A DNA stretch of 49,524 nt from Nitrospirae bacterium MYbin3. GTDB lineage: Bacteria > Nitrospirota > Thermodesulfovibrionia > Thermodesulfovibrionales > Dissulfurispiraceae. Shown here piece by piece: positions 20,886 through 29,306 of this stretch. Positions within the stretch are counted from its first letter, which is position 1. Each line of letters starts with the position of its first letter. Where the stretch lies: the NCBI GenBank assembly GCA_002753335.1, contig PEAD01000023.1, positions 1 through 49,524 of the forward strand, in the 5' to 3' direction. Below the pieces are notes generated by a model. That model had not been told where the DNA came from. It made no database searches and was given only the letters and a program-made list of their open reading frames with translations. The position numbers and the translations under genes were made by a program.

Positions 20886-21086
20886 TTATTGTTTAACTAC
20901 ATTGATTGCCTTAGGACCTTTGGGGCCTTTTTCAACATCAAAGGTGACTTTATCACCTTCGGCGAGACTCTTGAAGCCACTGCCCTGAATTGATGTATGA
21001 TGAACAAAAACATCACTTCCATCTTCACTTGTGATGAAGCCAAAACCCTTACTGTCATTGAACCACTTCACTGTTCCCTGTGCCAT
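20886..21086 (-). CDS. Cold-shock protein (CspA family)
   Basis: GTVKWFN, KGFGFI (RNP1), VFVH (RNP2); AAGGAGG SD. Confidence 0.97.
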   Translation of the reverse strand: MAQGTVKWFNDSKGFGFITSEDGSDVFVHHTSIQGSGFKSLAEGDKVTFDVEKGPKGPKAINVVKQ

Positions 21087-21111
21087 GTTTACCTCCTTCT
21101 TTTAAAAACTG

Positions 21112-21193
21112 AATTTTAGAAGCCATTAATAAAAAAAAGCCACAAAGTCAAAAAGTCTTTGTAGCCTTGTGCAGCGCAAAAACTTCTAAAATT
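21112..21193 (-). promoter_or_regulatory. Structured csp 5' leader with an internal terminator-like hairpin
   Basis: Outer 11-bp stem AAUUUUAGAAG/CUUCUAAAAUU encloses a 12-bp hairpin AAGGCUACAAAG/CUUUGUGGCUUU that runs into a U8 tract. Confidence 0.7.
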
Positions 21194-21201
21194 GTACGAT
21201 T

Positions 21202-21231
21202 AGTCTAACATGTTACCTTGCAGTCCGTCAA
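21202..21231 (-). promoter_or_regulatory. Sigma70-type promoter of csp
   Basis: TTGACG-N18-TAGACT with extended TG; +1 falls near the 5' arm of the leader stem. Confidence 0.6.
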
Positions 21232-21279
21232 TTTAAGTTTTTCTCTTGCTCGGCATATTCTATCTTCAGCTAAAAAAAT

Positions 21280-21927
21280 CTAATAACCTTCTTTCTCCAT
21301 CTTTTCCATTATCTCTTTTTTCTCCTGACAATCCCTGCAAAAGATCGCAAACGGCATAATCTTAAGCCGTTCTTCACTGATGTCATCTCCGCAGTCTTCA
21401 CATGAACCATAAGAGCCGTCATCAATCTTCTGAAGCGCTATATCTATTTTTATCAAAGTTTCACGATGCGTGCTAAGCTGTTTAAGGCTGATATCTTCGG
21501 CAAGGTCAACCACCGAAAGATCTCCGTCATCCATCACAGTCTCCACCAGCTGCTTCTTTTCTCCTAATATATATTTCCTTATTTCTGTTTTGCCTTCCTT
21601 TAGTATTTCCTCGCGCTTAAATATAAGAACTTTGCGGAGACGTTCTCTTCTTGAATCTTCGGTTTCAACGCTCTGCTTTTTCGGTTTCTTTGCTGCAACA
21701 GGAGCAGGCTTTAAGCTCTTTTTATTTGAAGCAGACTTTACCGCAGCAGGTTTTGTTTTTTTAACGCTTGTGGCCTTTGAGTTTTTTGCTGACACCTTCT
21801 GCACGCCCTTGCTCTTTGCCGCTGCTTTAGATACCGCTGCAGCTTTGGGTTTGGCCTTAGGTTTAGACTTAGGCTCCGGTTTGGTCTTACTTTTAGTTTT
21901 ATCGGTTTTTACGTTTTTCTTTTTCAT
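21280..21927 (-). CDS. TraR/DksA family protein with a Lys/Ala-rich N-terminal extension
   Basis: DDGDLS coiled-coil tip; YGSCEDC...I...RL...P...CRDC Zn finger; ~85 aa K/A/P/S-rich N-terminus. Confidence 0.88.
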   Translation of the reverse strand: MKKKNVKTDKTKSKTKPEPKSKPKAKPKAAAVSKAAAKSKGVQKVSAKNSKATSVKKTKPAAVKSASNKKSLKPAPVAAKKPKKQSVETEDSRRERLRKVLIFKREEILKEGKTEIRKYILGEKKQLVETVMDDGDLSVVDLAEDISLKQLSTHRETLIKIDIALQKIDDGSYGSCEDCGDDISEERLKIMPFAIFCRDCQEKKEIMEKMEKEGY

Positions 21928-21978
21928 TATCTCTCCTCCATCCTGTTAAACATAAGCTTTGAGCCAAAGAAACCAAAA

Positions 21979-22131
21979 CTATACTTGCGGCTTGGATTCC
22001 TGCGCTGCGGAATCTTCTTTAAAAACCTCTATGATGCTTCGCACCTTGATTCCTGCCTGATCTAAGGCCTTCTGCAGATCCATAAGCTTCGCATCGGTAA
22101 CTTTTACTATGTAGTTTGAGTTAAGAGCCAT
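21979..22131 (-). CDS. Small hypothetical protein (50 aa)
   Basis: MALNSNYIVKVTDAKLMDLQKALDQAGIKVRSIIEVFKEDSAAQESKPQV; starts 1 nt after the frr stop with GGAGG SD inside the frr end; not in the ORF track. Confidence 0.75.
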   Translation of the reverse strand: MALNSNYIVKVTDAKLMDLQKALDQAGIKVRSIIEVFKEDSAAQESKPQV

Positions 22132-22132
22132 A

Positions 22133-22687
22133 TCAGACCTCCATTATTTCCTTTTCTTTATGCTGAGTAACTTCATCCACTTTGGCAACATAAGAATCGG
22201 TCAGCTTCTGTATCTCATCATGAAATCTTTTAACATCGTCTTCGCTGTAATGTTTTTCTTTTTCGGTTCTCTTGAGCTCATCATTCACATCTCTGCGGAT
22301 ATTCCTGACAGCAACTTTGCCTTCTTCAGCCCTCTTTTTTACAACCTTCACAAGCTGCTTACGCCGCTCTTCGGTCAGCTGTGGAATTATTATCCTTATG
22401 GTTTTGCCGTCATTTCCGGGATTAAGTCCGAGATCAGACTTAAGAATCGCCTTCTCTATTTCTGTTATCAGTTTCGAATCCCATGGCTGAATGGTTATCT
22501 GCCTGCTTTCGGGAATGCCTAAAGTTGCCACCTGGCTCAGCGGGGTCATTGTACCGTAATAATCAACCATGATACCGTCAAGTAATGCAAGCGAGGCCCT
22601 GCCTGTGCGAATAGATCCGTAATCCTTTTTCAGAGACTCTATTGCTCCGTTCATTCTTTCGGTCGCTTTTTTCTTCAACTCCTGCAT
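22133..22687 (-). CDS. frr: Ribosome recycling factor
   Basis: [32 protein letters not shown]. Confidence 0.97.
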   Translation of the reverse strand: MQELKKKATERMNGAIESLKKDYGSIRTGRASLALLDGIMVDYYGTMTPLSQVATLGIPESRQITIQPWDSKLITEIEKAILKSDLGLNPGNDGKTIRIIIPQLTEERRKQLVKVVKKRAEEGKVAVRNIRRDVNDELKRTEKEKHYSEDDVKRFHDEIQKLTDSYVAKVDEVTQHKEKEIMEV

Positions 22688-22699
22688 AACGCCCCCTGA

Positions 22700-23431
22700 T
22701 TATTTTGCGGATACTGTAGTTCCTGTTTTCTTTCCTTTGATAAGGTTTCTTATGTTGTCTTTCTTCCTTATATCCAGGACAACTATCGGCAGATTGTTCT
22801 CCATGCACAAAGTTATGGCTGTGGAGTCCATAACCCTTAGGTTTTTCTTCAGCACGTCTATATACGAGATTGCCTCAAATTTTTTTGCTGAGGAATTTTT
22901 TACAGGATCGGCCGAATACACTCCGTCAACCTTCGTGCCTTTGATTATCACATCAGCGCCTATCTCCATCGCCCTTAAAGCTGCAGCCGTGTCGGTGGTA
23001 AAGTAAGGATTCCCTGTGCCTGCAGCAAAAATTACTACACGCCCTTTTTCAAGGTGCCGTATCGCACGTCTTCGAATATAGGGCTCTGCCAGTTCCATCA
23101 TCTGAATAGCAGAAAGTACCCTCGTTGGCTGTTCCAGCCTCTCCAATGCGTTCTGAACAGCAAGCGCATTTATAACGGTAGCCAGCATTCCCATGTAATC
23201 GGCCGAAGCCCTTTCCATGCCTTCAACAGAAGCCTGGACCCCTCTGAAAATATTGCCTCCACCAATTACAACAGCTGTCTGCACACCCATTTCGGCCACT
23301 TTTTTTATTTCGGAGGCCATAAAGCTTACGGTCGCGGGGTCAATGCCATAACCCTTGTCGCCCATCAGCACTTCGCCGCTGAGCTTAAGCAGTATGCGGC
23401 CGTAAACCTTGCCTGAAGTTTTAGCTTTCAC
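22700..23431 (-). CDS. pyrH: Uridylate kinase
   Basis: [27 protein letters not shown]. Confidence 0.97.
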   Translation of the reverse strand: MKAKTSGKVYGRILLKLSGEVLMGDKGYGIDPATVSFMASEIKKVAEMGVQTAVVIGGGNIFRGVQASVEGMERASADYMGMLATVINALAVQNALERLEQPTRVLSAIQMMELAEPYIRRRAIRHLEKGRVVIFAAGTGNPYFTTDTAAALRAMEIGADVIIKGTKVDGVYSADPVKNSSAKKFEAISYIDVLKKNLRVMDSTAITLCMENNLPIVVLDIRKKDNIRNLIKGKKTGTTVSAK

Positions 23432-24041
23432 AGGATGCGCCTTTGTCCAAACCTTCGCCCAACTGGAATCTGGAAAACCTTCTTATAAGAATATTCTCAC
23501 CCAGCTTTGCGATTTTATTGGTGACTAAATCTTTTATCTTCAGCTTGCCGTCCGGATCTTTTATGAATATCTGGTCCAAAAGACAGAAATCGCTGAAGTA
23601 TTTCTCGAGCTTGCCTTCAACGATTTTATCCACAACCTGAGCAGGTTTATTGGTGACCTGAGCCTTGTAGATCTCTTTTTCCCTAGCTATAACATCAGCT
23701 GGAACTTCTTCCCTCGAAACATACTGCGGGTTGGCCGCCGCAATATGCATTGCAACATCTTTAACCATCTCTCTAAAATCATCGGTCCTTGCCACGAAAT
23801 CGGTCTCGCAGTTGACTTCGATCATAACACCGATTTTGTCCATATGAATATATGTTCCGATAAGCCCCTGCGAAGCAGCCCTGCTTGACTTCTTGGCTGC
23901 GGTGGCAAGCCCTTTTTGCCGCAACATATCTATAGCTTTTTCCATGTCGCCGCCGGATTCGGCAAGCACTCTCTTGCAATCCATAAGGCCTGCTCCGGTT
24001 TTTTCGCGGAGATCTTTTACCATTTCAGCAGTAACTGTCAT
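23421..24041 (-). CDS. tsf: Elongation factor Ts (short form, 206 aa)
   Basis: [13 protein letters not shown] and [11 protein letters not shown]. Confidence 0.97.
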   Translation of the reverse strand: MTVTAEMVKDLREKTGAGLMDCKRVLAESGGDMEKAIDMLRQKGLATAAKKSSRAASQGLIGTYIHMDKIGVMIEVNCETDFVARTDDFREMVKDVAMHIAAANPQYVSREEVPADVIAREKEIYKAQVTNKPAQVVDKIVEGKLEKYFSDFCLLDQIFIKDPDGKLKIKDLVTNKIAKLGENILIRRFSRFQLGEGLDKGASCES

Positions 24042-24808
24042 TGTGCTGCTACCTCCTTTGCTTCTTCAGCCGCAGCCTTCTGTTTTGCGGCTTCACCCGC
24101 CTTCTTTTCCTCAATATTCTTTGCATGGGCGCCTTTGCCCTCAAGTATCGCATCCGCCATCTTTGATGATATGAGCTTTATAGCCCTGATGGCATCGTCA
24201 TTGCCCGGTATTACATAATCCGCCTCATCTGGATCGCAGTTCGAGTCAACTACCGCAACAACAGGTATCGAAAGCCTTCTGGCCTCGGCAATGGATATCT
24301 TCTCTTTTCTCGGATCAATTATGAATACCGCACCCGGAAGATTGCCTAAATCTTTTATGCCTATCAGGTTTTTTTCGAGCTTCTCTCTCTCTTTTTCGAG
24401 CTGAGACACCTCTTTTTTTGTCAGCACATTGTATGTGCCATCCTCTTTCATAGTCTCGATCTTTTTAAGCCTATCGATGCTCTTTTTAACGGTGGTAAAG
24501 TTGGTCAGCATGCCGCCTAGCCATCTATTGTTTACATAGTATGCACCGGCTCTCCTAGCCTCTTCTGCTATGGCATCCTGCGCCTGCTTTTTGGTGCCCA
24601 CAAAAAGCACCGACAACCCCGAGGCCGAGATATTTCTCACATAATTGTAAGCCTCTTCGAGCCCCTTAACAGTCTTTTGAAGATCCACGATATGAATACC
24701 GTTTCTCTCGCCGAAGATGTATTTTTTCATCTTCGGGTTCCAGCGTTTTACCTGATGTCCAAAATGAACACCGGCCTCAAGCAGTTCCTTCATCGTTACT
24801 ACAGCCAT
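24038..24808 (-). CDS. rpsB: 30S ribosomal protein S2
   Basis: [17 protein letters not shown] and PGNDDAIR; true start ATG 24808 (MAVVTMKEL) after a GGAGG SD. Confidence 0.97.
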   Translation of the reverse strand: MAVVTMKELLEAGVHFGHQVKRWNPKMKKYIFGERNGIHIVDLQKTVKGLEEAYNYVRNISASGLSVLFVGTKKQAQDAIAEEARRAGAYYVNNRWLGGMLTNFTTVKKSIDRLKKIETMKEDGTYNVLTKKEVSQLEKEREKLEKNLIGIKDLGNLPGAVFIIDPRKEKISIAEARRLSIPVVAVVDSNCDPDEADYVIPGNDDAIRAIKLISSKMADAILEGKGAHAKNIEEKKAGEAAKQKAAAEEAKEVAAQ

Positions 24809-24935
24809 TTTACTTCCTCCTCTGGTTTTTTCCTCCGCCAATCCCCTTAAACCCGCCATACATCTGCGGCGCACTTTTTACGCTTTGCTGACTTGGGCGA
24901 GACCGTCATGGGACTTTTACCGGCGTGTGTTTTTT
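24809..24935 (-). promoter_or_regulatory. rpsB 5' leader (probable S2 autoregulatory element)
   Basis: About 125-nt leader beginning ACACACGCC and ending GGCGGAGG...AACC, as in typical rpsB leaders; upstream promoter TTGAAA-N18-TATCTT (24944-24973). Confidence 0.55.
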
Positions 24936-24993
24936 AGGTAAGAAAGATAGCATGAATCGTCTTGATTTTTCAAGCGGATTTTGCACATCTTAC

Positions 24994-25031
24994 AAAAAAA
25001 GGCCGGAACGCCCCAAAAGCGCTCCGGCCTT
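24994..25031 (-). terminator. Intrinsic terminator of the cytochrome operon
   Basis: GGCCGGAGCGC-loop-GCGUUCCGGCC followed by U7 on the minus strand. Confidence 0.88.
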
Positions 25032-25049
25032 AGCAATGCTAATGCAAAA

Positions 25050-26144
25050 TCACTTATGACATTTATCGCACTGTGTTGCTTCTGAAGCTGCTTTGCCGTT
25101 GTGACAGGCGCCGCAGAATTTGCCCTGATATATATCGCCCATATTCATCTTGCTAGCACCTTTTTTTGTCACAAAAAGTTTTGGATGGCATTCAGCGCAT
25201 TTGAACATGTTTGCATGAAAGTCGTGGCTGAATATGACCGGCCCTGCTCCTGAAGGTTTGTAATTGAGGGGTTGCGGCATAGGGGTTTTCTTAGCATGAC
25301 ATTTCGCGCAGTCATCCGCAGATGAAGCCTTCTGCCCGTTATGGCATGAATAACAGAACTTGTTTGCACTATGATCCGCAAATGTGATCTTGGATGAACC
25401 CTTTTTCATCTGAAAAACCTTGTTGTGGCAGTCGGAGCATTTTGCCATCGCCTTATGGTTGTCATGGCTGAACTTAACAGCTGTGTCGCCTTTGCCGAAA
25501 TTTATTGATGCAGGCAATGAGATCTTGGCATGGCACTTATTGCAGTCATCGTATGAGAAAGCCATCTGCCCGTTGTGGCATCTGTAACAGTATTTGTTTG
25601 TGCTGTGGTCAGCAAAAGAGATTTTATTCCGGCCTTTCTTCATCTCAAAAAGTGATGAATGGCATGCACTGCAACCCAAACTCTTTGTATGCGGTTCATG
25701 TTTGAAGCTGACCGCAAATTTGCCCTTGCCCATAGACATGGCTTCTTTGGGTCCGAATACCTGTTTCTTCACATTTTGTGGTTTGTCTTCTTTGGCCTTC
25801 AGCTCTTTGACCCCGCCGTGGCAGCGTGCGCATTGGGTGTTGGATGCAAAGGCGGTCTTGCCGTCATGGCAGGCGCCGCAATACTTGCCCTTGTAAAATG
25901 CATCCATCTTAAAGTCACTTTTCCCCTGAGCATTAAGCGCCTTAGGCTCAAAGAGCTTTGGATGACATTTGTCGCATGCAAGCCCCTTATCTTCTACATG
26001 TATTTTGTGGCTGAATACGACCGACTTTACCGGTTTGGTATAAACTATGTCGCCTCCGTGCGACACACCGAAAACAGAACTGCCGTAGATCAGCGCCGCT
26101 GTCCATAAAACAAGTGCAATAAAAATTGTACGAATTTGTTTCAT
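25050..26144 (-). CDS. Dodecaheme periplasmic cytochrome c with four tandem c7-type triheme domains (GSU1996-like)
   Basis: 12 CxxCH motifs in four F(S/K)HxxH...CxxCH...CxxCH...CxxCH repeats; Sec signal MKQIRT...SSVFG; start 26144 after AAAGGTGG. Confidence 0.92.
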   Translation of the reverse strand: MKQIRTIFIALVLWTAALIYGSSVFGVSHGGDIVYTKPVKSVVFSHKIHVEDKGLACDKCHPKLFEPKALNAQGKSDFKMDAFYKGKYCGACHDGKTAFASNTQCARCHGGVKELKAKEDKPQNVKKQVFGPKEAMSMGKGKFAVSFKHEPHTKSLGCSACHSSLFEMKKGRNKISFADHSTNKYCYRCHNGQMAFSYDDCNKCHAKISLPASINFGKGDTAVKFSHDNHKAMAKCSDCHNKVFQMKKGSSKITFADHSANKFCYSCHNGQKASSADDCAKCHAKKTPMPQPLNYKPSGAGPVIFSHDFHANMFKCAECHPKLFVTKKGASKMNMGDIYQGKFCGACHNGKAASEATQCDKCHK

Positions 26145-26177
26145 GTATCCACCTTTCATAATTTTTTTCCTATTATA

Positions 26178-26930
26178 CTACCCTTTGGTGTAAAAGACAT
26201 TAGGCTTCGCGCCGCTTTCTTCACGCAGCACCCAGACCGGCCTTTGAATTTGATGCACAAGCTTATACACATCGCTATCAGGATTAGACAGATCCCCAAA
26301 CACACGCACTCCGGCAGGACATGCCTCGGAGCAGGCTGTACGTTCGTAGCCTTTGCTCAACCGGCTGTCATAGCAAAAGTTGCATTTGTCTATCGCATGC
26401 TTCTCCTCGTTAAAGTATCGGGCATTGTAAGGACAGGCGAGCACGCAGACCTTGCAGCCTATGCATTTCTCCTGCGCCATCATAACTATCCCGTTCGTCT
26501 GGTCCTTGTATGTGGCCTTTGTAGGGCACGCACGAACGCATGGCGCGTTATTGCACTGATTGCATAGCACCGCTATAAACTCCCTTTTCTGGCCTATCGC
26601 GTCAGGAGTTACTTTTTCTAAAATATTGGTCCTGTACCCATACTCGGCAACATTGTTTGTCTTTGAGCAGGCTTCGATACACCGCTCGCAGTCTATGCAC
26701 CTGTCCTGACGAATAACCATGCTGTAATGCGGCTTGTACGGGTATTTCTCTTTCATCTCCGCCTTTGATGCAAAGACTTTATCTATGTTGGATATGACAG
26801 AAAGCATGCTTCCGCCTGCAAACACGCCTGTTACAAGCAGCCCCATTTTCAGGAAACTTCTGCGCTCCATATCAGGCAGGCTCTCAAGGTTTTCTTTTCT
26901 CAGGTTATCGAGATCTATTTTATTTTTCAT
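26178..26930 (-). CDS. Tat-exported 4Fe-4S dicluster protein (NrfC/PsrB/TtrB family)
   Basis: MERRSFLK Tat motif; CIDCERCIEAC, CNQCNNAPCVRACP, CIGCKVCVLACP, KCNFC...ACSEACP; start 26930 after GGGAGG. Confidence 0.92.
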   Translation of the reverse strand: MKNKIDLDNLRKENLESLPDMERRSFLKMGLLVTGVFAGGSMLSVISNIDKVFASKAEMKEKYPYKPHYSMVIRQDRCIDCERCIEACSKTNNVAEYGYRTNILEKVTPDAIGQKREFIAVLCNQCNNAPCVRACPTKATYKDQTNGIVMMAQEKCIGCKVCVLACPYNARYFNEEKHAIDKCNFCYDSRLSKGYERTACSEACPAGVRVFGDLSNPDSDVYKLVHQIQRPVWVLREESGAKPNVFYTKG

Positions 26931-26946
26931 TTCGCCATCCTCCCTT

Positions 26947-28197
26947 TTAGTGGTCTTCGCTCTTATGGCCTTTAAAGACCTTTTCGCCGAGCATAAACGA
27001 TATCGCCACCATTCCCATTCCTCCAAGAACCACCGCGAATTCATGAAGCGACGGCGTATAAGAAAGAAGCTGTGGATAGTCCGAAACGCCCAGTTCATGC
27101 CAGCTCGGAACGATTTGGCCTATCAAGACGAGATCGTACCTCATGATGAAGATTGCGACCATCATCATGAAGGTTGCGACAGCCATCATCTTCATATCTT
27201 TCCATTTGGACATAAGAAAAAGTCCGAAAGGTATCACCATGCCCATACCCACCTCAAACACCCAGAAGTTCATGGCATACGGCCCTGCCATCATCGCCCT
27301 TATCGCCTCAACCTTGCCGCCGCCTGCAACAGAGCCGGTTATCAGCTTCCACGAAGTAAAGAACATCAGCACCGCTATCATCATTGTGCAGAGCTTACCG
27401 ATAGCCTCCATAGATTTTTTCATCGGCTCTTCCATCTCGCGATTGGATGCTTTGTATGCTACCCATGTGAACAGAATTATTGTGGCACAGCCGGACATTA
27501 TCGCCGACGCAATAAAATATACCGGTAGATATGGGCCATACCAGTACTCTCTGCCATGCAGCATGGCGAAGATAGCGCCAAGATTGCTGTGGGCCACGAT
27601 TCCGGAAACAAGACCGAGCAGCCCTGCATACATCGCAAACCTGTGCTGTTTAAGCAAGAGCATTACGAACTCAACTATCATAAATACCATATATGCGCCG
27701 TACAGCGTGCCCATCCACCAAATATTGGATGTCAGGTTCGGCGATATTAGGTTGTAGATCGCCATTCTGAACGGGTTTTCTATCTCAAAAAATATGACTG
27801 TAAAGCCGGCCATTATGGTGACAATCGAAAGAAATACCGCCCTGCTCGCGATTGGCATAAAGTTTTTAACGCCAAACACATGCCCTATCGAAGACACTAT
27901 ACAGAGTCCGGTGGAAGTTACCACAAAAAATATGTAGGTTGAAATTAGAATGCCCCATGGAATCTCTCTGGTCACGGCATAAGCGTGGCGGTAGCCCATT
28001 CGCATAGCGTCTAGACCGCCCATTGCAGCAAAATAAACGATTGCCGCACCCAAAAGAATCATCAAATAAAAAGATTTGCTGCCCGAAAGAAGATCCCTGA
28101 CCACCGATGCCCATTCTGCAAAGAAAGATGCATCCAGAGATTTGGCTACGCCCGTTACAACTGTTGAAGCCCTTAGGGTTTTATACCCGTTTGCCAT
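26947..28197 (-). CDS. NrfD/PsrC family quinol-interacting membrane subunit
   Basis: PWGILISTYIFF, ENPFR, SNIWWMGTLY, RYDLVLIGQ, YTPSLHE; about 10 TM. Confidence 0.9.
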   Translation of the reverse strand: MANGYKTLRASTVVTGVAKSLDASFFAEWASVVRDLLSGSKSFYLMILLGAAIVYFAAMGGLDAMRMGYRHAYAVTREIPWGILISTYIFFVVTSTGLCIVSSIGHVFGVKNFMPIASRAVFLSIVTIMAGFTVIFFEIENPFRMAIYNLISPNLTSNIWWMGTLYGAYMVFMIVEFVMLLLKQHRFAMYAGLLGLVSGIVAHSNLGAIFAMLHGREYWYGPYLPVYFIASAIMSGCATIILFTWVAYKASNREMEEPMKKSMEAIGKLCTMMIAVLMFFTSWKLITGSVAGGGKVEAIRAMMAGPYAMNFWVFEVGMGMVIPFGLFLMSKWKDMKMMAVATFMMMVAIFIMRYDLVLIGQIVPSWHELGVSDYPQLLSYTPSLHEFAVVLGGMGMVAISFMLGEKVFKGHKSEDH

Positions 28198-28224
28198 TTT
28201 ATCCTCCTGAATTTTTTAAAGGGT

Positions 28225-28260
28225 TGGCCCCTCCGGCGAGGGTTTCGTCCGGAAGGACCA
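28225..28260 (-). other. Intercistronic RNA hairpin between the small membrane gene and nrfD
   Basis: UGGUCCUUCCGG / CCGGAGGGGCCA, 12-bp stem with G-U pairs valid only on the minus strand. Confidence 0.6.
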
Positions 28261-28273
28261 CGGGGGAAGCTTT

Positions 28274-28612
28274 TTATGCCCTGCCTGTTTCTTCGGTAAT
28301 CTCTGAGGTCTTAGCGCTTCTTGCAAGATCCATTACATAACCGACCGACCAGCCAAGTACGCCTGTGCCTAAAACAAATACTGTTGCCGAAACCATAACG
28401 CCCATAATCATTGATGCGGCAACTATCAAACGAGGTATTATCGAGGCTGCCATTGGAGCGCCGAACAGCATGTTCGAGATCTGAAGACCTATTATGCCGC
28501 CGATAAACGAACCGGGCAGCAAGCCTGCCAGCGCGAAAAGAATTATTCCTGCGCCAGTTCCAACATAAAGACCTGTCTTTGTCATGCTTTCTGAACTTGT
28601 TTTTGTTTCCAT
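28274..28612 (-). CDS. Small Gly-rich membrane protein, hypothetical; first gene of the sigma54 operon
   Basis: GLYVGTGAG...GLLPGSFIGGIIG; 2-3 hydrophobic segments; AGGAGG SD. Confidence 0.8.
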   Translation of the reverse strand: METKTSSESMTKTGLYVGTGAGIILFALAGLLPGSFIGGIIGLQISNMLFGAPMAASIIPRLIVAASMIMGVMVSATVFVLGTGVLGWSVGYVMDLARSAKTSEITEETGRA

Positions 28613-28662
28613 CTTAATTTTCCTCCTGTTTTTTGTTTTTATTAAAACTTATTACCCAATAG

Positions 28663-28678
28663 AGCATTTTGCATGCCA
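28663..28678 (-). promoter_or_regulatory. Sigma54 (-24/-12) promoter
   Basis: TGGCAT-GCAAA-ATGCT matches TGGCAC-N5-TTGCW with exact GG-N10-GC spacing; about 50 nt upstream of the ATG. Confidence 0.8.
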
Positions 28679-28680
28679 GC

Positions 28681-28696
28681 TTTCAACATATTGAAA
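28681..28696. promoter_or_regulatory. IHF-like site
   Basis: TTTCAACATATTG has one mismatch to WATCAANNNNTTR and matches similarly on the other strand; lies between promoter and UAS. Confidence 0.5.
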
Positions 28697-28722
28697 ACAT
28701 GTGGTTTTTAGGGTTCAATCTG

Positions 28723-28767
28723 TTTGCGTTTCTGCGAAAGCGATCTTGCGCTTTGCAATTCTGCGAA
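28723..28767. promoter_or_regulatory. Paired upstream activator sites for a sigma54 enhancer-binding protein
   Basis: TTTGCGTTTCTGCGAA (28723-38) and TTTGCAATTCTGCGAA (28752-67): 14/16 identical, each quasi-palindromic. Confidence 0.6.
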
Positions 28768-28832
28768 GAGAAGGAAGAAGCGAATCAGTATCATTTACTT
28801 TTGCCATAAAATTGTGTTTATTTAGTACTATC

Positions 28833-29306
28833 ATGAAGCTTATAAATAACATCTTCATAAACAAGCCTGCCCAAACTGTTTGGACTTTCCTTGAGAAGCC
28901 CGAAAATATGCTGCTCTGGAATGAAAAAGTGAAACATGTATCCCCGGCATCCTTCTCAAACCCGCAGCGGGGCTACCGATACGCCATTACATACCAGATG
29001 CATGAGAATTCAAAAGCAGCTGAGTTTCTGGCGGAATTCATACATTTTGAGCCCCCGTCCAAACTTGTAATACGACATACAGGAGGACTCTCTCCTCGCG
29101 ACAGAGTCATTGAAGAAATATATGAGCTATCGGAACGTGACGGGGGAACTTTTCTGACACAGACAATAGACATCAAAAATTCGGGTATCAATATCTTTTT
29201 CAGATTCATCATTTGGGTTATTCAGCGTTGGGGAAAACCAACAGGAAAACCTTATCTAGCAATACTTAGGGATATTATTGAGACTGAAAACAAACTTTCG
29301 CATTAA
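28833..29306 (+). CDS. SRPBCC (START/polyketide cyclase) family protein
   Basis: NNIFINKPAQTVWTFLEKPENMLLWN...FEPPSKL...GGTFLT pattern; likely start ATG 28833. Confidence 0.8.
   Translation: MKLINNIFINKPAQTVWTFLEKPENMLLWNEKVKHVSPASFSNPQRGYRYAITYQMHENSKAAEFLAEFIHFEPPSKLVIRHTGGLSPRDRVIEEIYELSERDGGTFLTQTIDIKNSGINIFFRFIIWVIQRWGKPTGKPYLAILRDIIETENKLSH

Noticed and set aside
26178..28197. dsrOP, nrfCD of nitrite reductase, or psrBC assignment
   Set aside because: No dsrMKJ, nrfA or psrA nearby; only a family-level call is supported.
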